A DNA stretch of 64,000 bases from Minisyncoccota bacterium. GTDB lineage: Bacteria > Patescibacteriota > Minisyncoccia > Phycocordibacterales > Phycocordibacteraceae. The notes beneath the pieces are model-generated. The model was not told the DNA's origin and searched no databases. It saw only the letters and a list, made by a program, of their open reading frames with translations. The stretch covers positions 259,355 through 323,354 of the forward strand of contig DASPLI010000001.1 of NCBI GenBank assembly GCA_035627655.1, given 5' to 3'. Positions 39,965-48,313 of the stretch are shown in pieces. Every line of letters begins with the position of its first letter. The stretch's first letter is position 1. The position numbers were made by a program, and so were the translations under genes.

Positions 39965-40288
39965 ATGAGGAAATACACCGACACACAGCAGAAGTCCTAC
40001 ACTGCCGGCCGCCGCAAGCGAAATGCGCGCAAGCCGCTTCCGGTCCGCGTGATCAAGATGAAGGTCAAGCGCGGCGACACCGTTGAGGTGATCACCGGCA
40101 AGGACAAGGGCAAGAAGGGCGAGGTAAGCCGCGTACTCCCGAAGGAGAACCGCGTCGTGATTGATGGCGTCAACGTCGTCAAGCGCAGCCTCCGCCGCAC
40201 CGGCACCCGCCAGTCTGGCCGCATTATCGAGCGCCCGGCGCCGATCCACGCATCAAACGTGCGCGTCGTAACGAAGAAGTCTAAGTAA
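39965..40288 (+). CDS. rplX: 50S ribosomal protein uL24
   Basis: KRGDTVEVITGKDKGKKG, PIHASNV; start may be the later Met. Confidence 0.95.
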   Translation: MRKYTDTQQKSYTAGRRKRNARKPLPVRVIKMKVKRGDTVEVITGKDKGKKGEVSRVLPKENRVVIDGVNVVKRSLRRTGTRQSGRIIERPAPIHASNVRVVTKKSK

Positions 40289-40295
40289 TACTCGT

Positions 40296-40829
40296 ATGAT
40301 GCTTTCCAAACAAAAACAGCAGACCTCCTTCGAAGCGCTTGCGCCTTCCTTGGGCTACACCAACCGCATGGCGGCTCCCCGCATCATGAAGGTGGTAGTG
40401 TCTTCCGGCGTCGGCAAGAAGCGCGACAAGGCACAGCTTGCGCTTGTGGCTGACCGCCTTGCAAAGATTACCGGCCAGAAGGCGTCTCCGCGCGCGGCAC
40501 GCCTCTCCATTGCGCAGTTCAAGATGCGCGAAGGCGATATCGTCGGCTACCAGGTGACGCTTCGCGGCTCCCGCATGTTCGACTTCCTCGACAAGCTCAT
40601 CCACATCGCGCTTCCGCGCACCCGCGACTTCCGCGGTATCAATGAGAGCGCCGTCGACGAAATGGGCAATCTCACGATCGGTATCCGCGAGCACACCATT
40701 TTCCCGGAGACTGCCGATGAGGACCTCAAGGACGTGTTCGGTCTTGCCATCACGGTCGTCACGACCGCTAAGACCAAGGAGGAAGCGTCCGCATTCTTCC
40801 GCCACCTCGGCGTTCCCTTCAAGAAGTAG
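40296..40829 (+). CDS. rplE: 50S ribosomal protein uL5
   Basis: ITGQK, VTLRG, LPRTRDFRG, FPE. Confidence 0.98.
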   Translation: MMLSKQKQQTSFEALAPSLGYTNRMAAPRIMKVVVSSGVGKKRDKAQLALVADRLAKITGQKASPRAARLSIAQFKMREGDIVGYQVTLRGSRMFDFLDKLIHIALPRTRDFRGINESAVDEMGNLTIGIREHTIFPETADEDLKDVFGLAITVVTTAKTKEEASAFFRHLGVPFKK

Positions 40830-40838
40830 GAAAACAAC

Positions 40839-40868
40839 AAAGGCCCGAGCGAGAGCTCGGGCCTTTTT
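40839..40868. terminator. Terminator after rplE
   Basis: AAAGGCCCGAGC-GAGA-GCTCGGGCCTTTTT. Confidence 0.8.
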
Positions 40869-40872
40869 GCGT

Positions 40873-41163
40873 TTAGGGGAAGGGAATAAAGAAGAAGCCC
40901 AGGCCGCCACCGATGAAAATCCCAGCGAAAAGCGCCTGGATGGAGCCAATACAGAGGCAGTAGAATATCGAGTCATCGATCATGGTCACGTAGAACGTGT
41001 CCGTGGATCGACGCCTCGAGACTAATGCGGCCGCCAGCTCCTCTTCAAAGAGGCGAGCTTCCTTAAAGGACGTTCGAGCCCATTTCAGCATCAGGATACC
41101 GGCCAGTATCCCGCAGATCGCGACGAGCAGCTTTATTCCCAGAATGCCCAGTAGCGCATCCAT
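40873..41163 (-). CDS. Small 2-TM protein
   Basis: Hydrophobic ORF; AGGAG SD-like sequence upstream. Confidence 0.5.
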   Translation of the reverse strand: MDALLGILGIKLLVAICGILAGILMLKWARTSFKEARLFEEELAAALVSRRRSTDTFYVTMIDDSIFYCLCIGSIQALFAGIFIGGGLGFFFIPFP

Positions 41164-41300
41164 GTACCTATCTCCTATCGTTGCCGTCTGCCGCAACAGT
41201 ACACGCAACAAAGACTGCGTCAAGGATTCGCACACTCGCGTCTATTGACTTCCCCTAGGACAGGCATAGGGTATTAAGTACCCCAAGAAAGGAGGGGTCG

Positions 41301-41681
41301 ATGAAACAGTTACTCATCATCGCCGCAGCGCTTGCTCTCGGGTGGTTCACCCCAGAAGCACGAGCGCAGGAGTACTTGCACCTTGATACACCGCCGCTTG
41401 CCCAGGAGGAGAAAGAACTTCCTCTTGAGCTTTCGTACACGCAAGACCGCCAGCAGTCCTTCGGCATCTTCTCGCCACTCGTTGAGAATGATGTAGAGAG
41501 CGACCGCTTGGTTTTGGTCTCGCCGGAAGTCCGGTTTGCCGAGGGAATCACTGGTTCCTTCTATGAGATTCGGGTTTCATGCCCGGTCTCGCGCCAGGAC
41601 TATCCAGCTGGCTGTCCGCCGGCGTACGAAAGCGTGAAAGCATACGGCGTGGTACTCCGCATACGCCTACCATTTCGGTAA
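41301..41681 (+). CDS. Secreted hypothetical protein
   Basis: Signal peptide (ARA-Q); GAAAGGAGG SD; own promoter and terminator. Confidence 0.65.
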   Translation: MKQLLIIAAALALGWFTPEARAQEYLHLDTPPLAQEEKELPLELSYTQDRQQSFGIFSPLVENDVESDRLVLVSPEVRFAEGITGSFYEIRVSCPVSRQDYPAGCPPAYESVKAYGVVLRIRLPFR

Positions 41682-41783
41682 GGCGAAGGGGCGGACCCAT
41701 CCAAAAGACGGGCCCGCCCTTTTGTTTGACACCCCCCTCCGGCATTGATAGTATGTCGACACGCGAAACGCGGCTTTTTTATT

Positions 41784-42053
41784 ATGGCTAAACGATCCCA
41801 ACTGGCACGAAATGCCAAGAAGGCAAAACTCGCCGAGCGCTTCAAGGAGAAGCGCGCGGCTCTTAAGGCTGCCGGGGACTACGAGGGCCTCCAGAAGCTC
41901 CCTCGCAACTCCTCCCCGGTCCGCATCAAGAACCGCTGCGCCATCTCTGGCCGTGGTCGGGGCTATATCCGTGCCTTTGGCCTCTCCCGCATCCAGTTCC
42001 GCGAGCTTGCTCGCGAGGGTAAGATCCCGGGCGTTAAGAAGGCTTCCTGGTAA
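41784..42053 (+). CDS. rpsN: 30S ribosomal protein uS14 (89-aa, Zn-independent type)
   Basis: [38 protein letters not shown]; promoter TTGACA-N17-TAGTAT at 41726-41754. Confidence 0.97.
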   Translation: MAKRSQLARNAKKAKLAERFKEKRAALKAAGDYEGLQKLPRNSSPVRIKNRCAISGRGRGYIRAFGLSRIQFRELAREGKIPGVKKASW

Positions 42054-42063
42054 TACTTTTCAT

Positions 42064-42456
42064 ATGATTAGCGACCGCGTCGGCGATTTCATCATCCGTC
42101 TCAAGAATGCAGGTGCCATTGGGCAGGAGTCTATTACCTTGCCGCACTCAAACCACCTCGAGGCTATTGCGAAGAAGCTTAAGGAGCTTGGCTTTGTTGC
42201 TGACGTCTCCGTTTCCAAGAAGGACCCGAAGCAGCTTGAAGTTGCGCTTGCGTACGACGCGCAGGGCAACCACAAGATCAACGACGTGAAGCGCATTTCA
42301 AAGCCGGGCCGCCGTCTCTACGCTGGCGCCAAGGACGCACACAACGTGAAGAATGGTGCAGGTGCTCGCATCCTCTCAACGCCGAAGGGCATCCTCTCTG
42401 ACGCTGAGGCACGCAAGGTGCGCGCCGGCGGCGAAACCCTCTTTGAGGTCTGGTAA
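42064..42456 (+). CDS. rpsH: 30S ribosomal protein uS8
   Basis: RISKPGRRLY, STPKG, GGE. Confidence 0.97.
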   Translation: MISDRVGDFIIRLKNAGAIGQESITLPHSNHLEAIAKKLKELGFVADVSVSKKDPKQLEVALAYDAQGNHKINDVKRISKPGRRLYAGAKDAHNVKNGAGARILSTPKGILSDAEARKVRAGGETLFEVW

Positions 42457-42462
42457 TCCTAT

Positions 42463-42996
42463 ATGTCACGCCTTGCAAAAAAACCGATTCCCGTCCCGCC
42501 GAAGGTCCAGGTGACCGCGGCTGATGGCGTGCTTACGGTCAAGGGTGCCAAGGAGACCCTGACGCGCTCGGTGCATTCCTCGGTTGATATCACCGTTGAA
42601 TCTGAGGGTGTTGTCATCAAGCCAAAGAACACCTCCCGTCTCGCACGCGCGCTCACCGGCACCTTTGCCGCACACGTTCGCGCCATGATGCAGGGCGTCG
42701 AGACGCCATTTAAGAAGGTCTTGGTCCTCAACGGCGTCGGGTACCGCGTCGAGCTCAAAGGCAAGGATCTTGTCTTTGCCGTTGGTTTCTCGCATCCGGT
42801 TACGCTCCCTATTCCGGAGGGCATCACTGCCACCGTCGCAAAGAACGTCATCACGATTGAAGGCGCTGACAAGCAGCAGGTTGGTCAGTTTGCCGCTGAG
42901 GTTCGCGGCGTGAAGCCGCCGGAGCCGTATCTCGGCAAGGGTATCAAGTACGAGGACGAGGTCATCCTCCGTAAGCAGGGCAAGAAGGCCGTCTAG
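42463..42996 (+). CDS. rplF: 50S ribosomal protein uL6
   Basis: GVGYR, GFSHP, PEPYLGKGI. Confidence 0.98.
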   Translation: MSRLAKKPIPVPPKVQVTAADGVLTVKGAKETLTRSVHSSVDITVESEGVVIKPKNTSRLARALTGTFAAHVRAMMQGVETPFKKVLVLNGVGYRVELKGKDLVFAVGFSHPVTLPIPEGITATVAKNVITIEGADKQQVGQFAAEVRGVKPPEPYLGKGIKYEDEVILRKQGKKAV

Positions 42997-43005
42997 TAAT
43001 TTCGT

Positions 43006-43350
43006 ATGCCAACTCTCTCTAAAGCAGCATCTCGTGTTCGCCGCCATAAGCGCGTTCGCGCAAAGATCAAAGGTACTACCGAGCGTCCTCGTCTTGCGGT
43101 GTACCGTTCCAATCGCTTCATCAGCGTGCAGGTTATCGATGATGTGAAGGGTGCAACGCTCGCAAGCGCGCATGGTCGCGAATTCCCGGGTTCTCTCGGC
43201 AAGCAGGCTGCTGCTATCGGCAAGGCAATTGCTGAGCGCGCAAAAAAGGCAGGCGTCTCTGCGGTCGTGTTTGATCGTGGTGGCTATGCCTATGCCGCAC
43301 AGGTGAAGTCGATTGCAGATGCAGCACGCGAGGGCGGACTTACTTTCTAA
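43006..43350 (+). CDS. rplR: 50S ribosomal protein uL18
   Basis: [22 protein letters not shown]. Confidence 0.97.
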   Translation: MPTLSKAASRVRRHKRVRAKIKGTTERPRLAVYRSNRFISVQVIDDVKGATLASAHGREFPGSLGKQAAAIGKAIAERAKKAGVSAVVFDRGGYAYAAQVKSIADAAREGGLTF

Positions 43351-43356
43351 ACTTTT

Positions 43357-43914
43357 ATGGCTGAAACTACGACCGTTATGGATACTCCAAAGACAGACGC
43401 TCCGCGCGGGGGTCGTGGACCGGCACGTGGCCGTGGCGGACAGCGCTCGGGCGGACGTCCTCGTGAGCGTGCTCCCCGCGAGCGCAGCGAGTTCGATCAG
43501 GTGAACATCGAGGTTCGCCGTGTGGCTCGCGTTATGGCCGGTGGTCGCCGCTTCTCCTTCAGCGTTGCGGTGGTGATCGGTGATCGCAAGGGCCGCGTCG
43601 GCGTTGGTCTTGGTAAGGGTGCGGACACCGCGCTTGCTATCGATAAGGCAGTCCGCGATGCGCGCCGCAACCTCATTACGGTGCCGCTCACCAAGGACCG
43701 CTCGATTGCGCACGATGTTTCTGCTTCCTACGCATCAACCACGCTCACGATTATCCCGAGCCCGGGCCGCGGTCTCGTTGCAGGATCTGCTATGCGCACC
43801 GTGCTTGAATACGCCGGTATCGGAAACGTCGTCGGCAAGATTCTTACCCGCACGAAGAACAAGCTCACGATTGCTCGTGCGACCGTTGCCGCTCTCAAGA
43901 AGCTTTCCAAATAA
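43357..43914 (+). CDS. rpsE: 30S ribosomal protein uS5
   Basis: GGRRFSF, VVIGD, GRGLVAG. Confidence 0.97.
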   Translation: MAETTTVMDTPKTDAPRGGRGPARGRGGQRSGGRPRERAPRERSEFDQVNIEVRRVARVMAGGRRFSFSVAVVIGDRKGRVGVGLGKGADTALAIDKAVRDARRNLITVPLTKDRSIAHDVSASYASTTLTIIPSPGRGLVAGSAMRTVLEYAGIGNVVGKILTRTKNKLTIARATVAALKKLSK

Positions 43915-43916
43915 GT

Positions 43917-44363
43917 ATGCAGTCAAACACTCTCGCTCCGAAGAATGCCCGCATCAAGAGCCCGCGCGTTGGTCGCGGTGGCAAGCGTGGTAAGACCTCT
44001 GGTCGTGGTACCAAGGGTCAGAAGGCTCGCTCAGGTCGCAAGATGCGCCCGGAGATGCGCGACCTTATCAAGAAGCTTCCGAAGCTTCGCGGTCATGGTA
44101 AGAACCGCAGCCGCACGGTCCGCAACCGCGCTGGCTTTGTGCCAGTAAATCTCGCTGCGCTTGAGGCAATCTTCGATAACGGCGCAACCGTCACTCCGGC
44201 AGTGCTCGTTGATAAGGGTCTTGCTCGCGTTCGCGGTGGTCGCATGCCGCGCGTGAAGATTCTTGGCACGGGCGAACTCACGAAGGCGCTCTCGGTCTCG
44301 GGCTGCGCAGCATCAGACAGCGCAAAGGCAGCCATTGAGAAGGCAGGGGGTTCCGTCCTCTAG
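43917..44363 (+). CDS. rplO: 50S ribosomal protein uL15
   Basis: RVGRGGKRGKTSGRGTKGQKAR, KILGTG. Confidence 0.97.
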   Translation: MQSNTLAPKNARIKSPRVGRGGKRGKTSGRGTKGQKARSGRKMRPEMRDLIKKLPKLRGHGKNRSRTVRNRAGFVPVNLAALEAIFDNGATVTPAVLVDKGLARVRGGRMPRVKILGTGELTKALSVSGCAASDSAKAAIEKAGGSVL

Positions 44364-44370
44364 GCGATCA

Positions 44371-45642
44371 ATGAATGCCCTCATCCACAAGCTAAAGCTT
44401 ATCTTCGGGGACCCGGTGCTTCGCATGCGTCTCCTCTTCGTGCTTGCCGCGTTTGCGGTCTACCGCCTCCTGGCTGCTATTCCGATTCCGGGCGTCAACG
44501 AGTTCGCACTCGCGCAGTTTTTCCAGAATAACCAGTTCCTCGGACTGCTCTCCGTCTTCTCCGGCGGCGGTTTCGCAACGCTTTCGTTGGTGATGCTTGG
44601 CGTCGGTCCGTACATTACTGCATCGATCTTGATGCAGCTTCTGACCGTGATCTTCCCGGCGGTAAAGCGCATGTATACCGAAGAAGGGGAGGCGGGCCGC
44701 ACTAAGTTCATCGCGTGGGGTCGCATGCTCACCATTCCGTTTGCTATTTTGCAGGCGGTCGCGTTCCTTTCGCTTCTGGAGACCCAGGGCGTGGTCGCAG
44801 CACTCTCTCCGTTTGAGTTTGCGGTCAACGTCTTTCTCGTAGCCGGAGGCTCCGTACTCCTTATGTGGATCGGCGAGTTGATTACGGAATTTGGTATTGG
44901 CAATGGCGTCTCGCTCATTATCTACGCCGGTATCATTGCCTCCATTCCATCCGCAATCTCGCAGATTCTCTTTACGGCAAGCGCACAGAACATTCCGTCC
45001 TACCTCGGCTTCCTCGTGCTTGCGCTTGCAACCATCTACGCCGTGGTGACGGTCTCCGAAGCTGAGCGCTCAATTCCGATTGCCTATGCACGCCAGGTGC
45101 GCGGCGCTGCGTCTGCAGCAGGTGCTGCAACCTACCTCCCGATCCGCCTTCTACAGGCTGGCGTGATTCCAATCATCTTTGCGCTCTCGCTCCTCCTCTT
45201 GCCGCAGATGGCGCTTACCGCGCTTGCAGCGGTCGGGGTAACCTGGGCAGTTTCAGCAAACCTCGCCTACGCTGCGTTTGCGGCAAACCCGCTTGCGTAC
45301 GGCGCCGTCTACTTCGTGCTCGTCGTGATGTTCACGTACTTCTATACCTCCATCACGTTTGAGCCGCACCGCGTCGCGGAGAATCTTCAGAAGACGGGTG
45401 CGTTTGTGCCAGGCGTTCGTCCGGGTCGCGAGACGGAGAAGTATGTCGGAAACGTTGTTTCGCGCGTGACGCTCCCAGGCGCGCTCTTCCTCGGCTTGGT
45501 TGCCGTGATTCCATTCGTCGTGCAGGGACTGACCGGCATCTCCGCAATTCTCGTTGGCGGTACGGCGCTTCTTATTGCCGTTACCGTGCTGCTTGATCTT
45601 ATCCGTAAGGTGGATGCGCAGGCGTCACTTCGCGAATACTAA
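44371..45642 (+). CDS. secY: Preprotein translocase subunit SecY
   Basis: LGVGPYITASI, GIGNGVSLII, AGVIPIIFA, PGVRPG, GGTALLI. Confidence 0.98.
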   Translation: MNALIHKLKLIFGDPVLRMRLLFVLAAFAVYRLLAAIPIPGVNEFALAQFFQNNQFLGLLSVFSGGGFATLSLVMLGVGPYITASILMQLLTVIFPAVKRMYTEEGEAGRTKFIAWGRMLTIPFAILQAVAFLSLLETQGVVAALSPFEFAVNVFLVAGGSVLLMWIGELITEFGIGNGVSLIIYAGIIASIPSAISQILFTASAQNIPSYLGFLVLALATIYAVVTVSEAERSIPIAYARQVRGAASAAGAATYLPIRLLQAGVIPIIFALSLLLLPQMALTALAAVGVTWAVSANLAYAAFAANPLAYGAVYFVLVVMFTYFYTSITFEPHRVAENLQKTGAFVPGVRPGRETEKYVGNVVSRVTLPGALFLGLVAVIPFVVQGLTGISAILVGGTALLIAVTVLLDLIRKVDAQASLREY

Positions 45643-45686
45643 AAGGCCCTTTGAGGGCCTTTTTGGTCGCGGTACACTCTGTTTAC

Positions 45687-46250
45687 ATGACTCCGAGAAC
45701 TATTTTCTTTATTGGTAAGCCAGGCTGCGGCAAGGGTACGCAGGCGCGGCTCTTGTCTGAGCATACCGGCTGGCCAATCATCGGCGCGGGCGCGCAGTTT
45801 CGCCAGATCGCTGCAGAGGAAACGCCGGCAGGTGAGCGCACGAAGCGGGATATCGACCAGGGACTTCTCATGCCGCACTGGTTTGCTATGTATCTCTACC
45901 TGAAGGGACTCTTCTCGCTTCCGGGGAATGCGTCAGTCATTTTCGATGGCTTCAACCGCAAACTTGCCGAAGCAGAACTTATCGTCGCATCGCTCACCTG
46001 GCTTGAGCGCCCGTTTGATGTTGTGCATATCGCCGTCTCTGACGAGGAGGTGCGCCGCCGCCTTGAAGGACGCAAATCTGAGGGTCGTGCAGACGATCAT
46101 TCGGTCGATACACGGCTGACCGAGTACGAGACCTACACCACCAAGGCCATCTCTCTGTTTGAGACACATGGCGTACTCAAGACCGTCAACGGCGAGCAAC
46201 CGCCAGAAGCAATTGCCAAGGATGTGCTTGCCGTCCTCAATCTTGCATGA
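45687..46250 (+). CDS. adk: Adenylate kinase
   Basis: GKPGCGKGTQ, FDGFNR, RADD; follows secY. Confidence 0.88.
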   Translation: MTPRTIFFIGKPGCGKGTQARLLSEHTGWPIIGAGAQFRQIAAEETPAGERTKRDIDQGLLMPHWFAMYLYLKGLFSLPGNASVIFDGFNRKLAEAELIVASLTWLERPFDVVHIAVSDEEVRRRLEGRKSEGRADDHSVDTRLTEYETYTTKAISLFETHGVLKTVNGEQPPEAIAKDVLAVLNLA

Positions 46251-47023
46251 CCGTACGAAACACTCTAGAGCGTGGGCGTATCGTTGAGGCCGGCCGCCGG
46301 CTTGGCGTGGTGCTTGAAGCAGTGTCGCAGAAGGTTGCGCCCGGGGTAACGACCCGTGAGCTTGATCAGCTTGCCGAGCAGTTGATTCGTGCAGAGGGTG
46401 ATGTGCCGGCCTTTAAGGGCTACACCCCAGAAGGCGCACCTCGGCCGTACCCGGCAGCGCTTTGTGTGTCGGTAAACGACGAGGTTGTGCACGGCATTCC
46501 AGGAGATCGTAAGCTCGTGGAAGGCGATATCGTGTCACTTGATCTTGGCCTCGTGCACGAAGGGCTGATCGTGGATTCGGCTGTCACGGTGCCTGTTGGG
46601 AAGGTGAGTGAGACGTCGCTCAAACTTATGCGAGCAACCGAAGCGGCGCTCGCTGCAGCAATTGCCGCTGCGCGCCCGGGCGGGTATGTCGGTGATATTG
46701 CACACGCAACAGAAACGGCATTTTCCGGTACCGGATTTTCCGTCGTGAAGGTGCTTGGTGGACACGGTGTTGGCACTGCAGTACACGAGGAGCCGTACAT
46801 TCCAAACGCTGGCAGGGCAGGCACGGGAGAGAAGTTAGTTGAAGGCATGGTGCTTGCGCTTGAGCCGATTGCAAACGAAGGAAAAGCGGGAGTCGTGCTT
46901 GCAAGCGACGGCTATACGTATCGCGCGAAGGACGGATCGCGTTCCGCGCATTTTGAGCACACGATTCTCCTTGAGGGGGATGGCGCCATCATCTTGACGC
47001 GTCGTCCGAGCGAAGTGGCGTAA
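46247..47023 (+). CDS. map: Methionine aminopeptidase type I
   Basis: SVNDEVVHGIP, GHGVG, HEEP, SAHFEHT. Confidence 0.97.
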   Translation: MTVRNTLERGRIVEAGRRLGVVLEAVSQKVAPGVTTRELDQLAEQLIRAEGDVPAFKGYTPEGAPRPYPAALCVSVNDEVVHGIPGDRKLVEGDIVSLDLGLVHEGLIVDSAVTVPVGKVSETSLKLMRATEAALAAAIAAARPGGYVGDIAHATETAFSGTGFSVVKVLGGHGVGTAVHEEPYIPNAGRAGTGEKLVEGMVLALEPIANEGKAGVVLASDGYTYRAKDGSRSAHFEHTILLEGDGAIILTRRPSEVA

Positions 47024-47078
47024 GGAACGGCTTTCCGCTATACTCCGGACATATAAGAGCCTTAGGGCTATTTTTCGT

Positions 47079-47687
47079 ATGGTACATCCACACCCGGCAA
47101 CCGAGCGTACGTTCGTCATTCTGAAGCCTGATGCGGTCCAGCGCGGACTCATCGGCGAGATTATCAAGCGCTTTGAGCGCGTGGGCCTCAAGGTCACGCA
47201 CCTCTCATTTCAAATGCTTGACCAGAAGCGCGTAAACGAGCATTACGGCAAAGAAGACGAGTGGTATTTGCGTAAAGGAAACGGCATTATCGAGAACCGC
47301 AAGGCGCACGGCCTCCCAGTGGAGAAGGATGCGCTTGAGTACGGCAAGGACATCATCCGCGTCGTCGAGGCGTACATGATCTCTGGTCCGGTAGTCATCC
47401 TCGTATTGCAGGGGAATCAGGCGGTTGCGGTGGTGAAGAAGCTGGTTGGTTCAACCGAACCGACGACCTCAGACGTTGGTACGATCCGCGGTGATTTTAC
47501 GCTCGACTCGTACAGCATCTCTGCGCTTGATGATCGCGGTATCCGCAACCTGATTCACTGCTCGGACTCTCCGGAGGAAGCAGAGCGCGAGATCAAGCTC
47601 TGGCTTACGGAAGACCAGATCCTCAAGTACCGCCTCGTCTCCGAACAGATTCTCTACGACGTGAACCTCGACGGGATCATGGAGTAA
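47079..47687 (+). CDS. ndk: Nucleoside diphosphate kinase
   Basis: KPDAVQRGLIGEII, GTIRGDF, NLIHCSDS. Confidence 0.95.
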   Translation: MVHPHPATERTFVILKPDAVQRGLIGEIIKRFERVGLKVTHLSFQMLDQKRVNEHYGKEDEWYLRKGNGIIENRKAHGLPVEKDALEYGKDIIRVVEAYMISGPVVILVLQGNQAVAVVKKLVGSTEPTTSDVGTIRGDFTLDSYSISALDDRGIRNLIHCSDSPEEAEREIKLWLTEDQILKYRLVSEQILYDVNLDGIME

Positions 47688-47758
47688 GGAAAACGGCCTG
47701 AAATCGGGCCGTTTTTCGTATCCACACGACCTTCATAGCTGCGCGGTATACTAAGTGT

Positions 47759-47898
47759 AGGCCGCTTCGTATAAACGCAACTTGCTCTCTTTCAGGGAAT
47801 CCTACATTCAGGCGTCTCGGGTGAACATTTCATGCTCTAACGGGCGCCATGCGGATACCCACGTGGCATACAAAAGTTGCCACACGCGGAGCGGCTCT
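47759..47898 (+). ncRNA. ssrS: 6S RNA-like ncRNA
   Basis: Rod structure GCCGCTTCGT/GCGGAGCGGC, GCAACTT/AAGTTGC, central bubble, GGGAATCC/GGATACCC; TATACT at 47747-47752; terminator 47904-47930. Confidence 0.65.
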
Positions 47899-47953
47899 GA
47901 GACATCCCGCCTTAGAAAAGGGCGGGATTTCTCATGCTAGGATGATCCTATCT

Positions 47954-48313
47954 ATGCGTTTTCCGTGGCTTATTGCGGCGCTCTTGTTCGCCGCACTCCT
48001 CTCACTGTTGCAGCATTGGGCGCTCGCCGATTTTCTGTACTGGCGCTATGTCTGGTTTGACGTGCCGATGCACTATCTTGGTGGCGTGGCGCTCGGCTCA
48101 TTCTTGATCGCGCTTTCGCCGCAGTTTCGGCCGCGTGTGTACTTGCTTGGCATCATCATTTTGATTATCGGATGGGAGGTGTTCGAGTACATTTTTGGTC
48201 TTCCGCGCGAGCATAACTACGTACTTGATACGTCGATCGACCTTCTTATGGGAACCCTGGGAGCGCTGACGACTTATATCATCGCCCGTCGAACGTTATG
48301 GCGCTCCGTCTAA
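47954..48313 (+). CDS. Small membrane protein (VanZ/DUF2238-like)
   Basis: WFDVPMHYLGG, WEVFEY, DTSIDL. Confidence 0.7.
   Translation: MRFPWLIAALLFAALLSLLQHWALADFLYWRYVWFDVPMHYLGGVALGSFLIALSPQFRPRVYLLGIIILIIGWEVFEYIFGLPREHNYVLDTSIDLLMGTLGALTTYIIARRTLWRSV

Noticed and set aside
43914-43917. Missing rpmD (uL30) as a novelty
   Set aside because: This is an established CPR trait; it was used only as a taxonomic clue.
47849-47953. N-terminal extension of ORF 47849-48313
   Set aside because: It overlaps the 6S-like RNA and its terminator; the real start is likely 47954.
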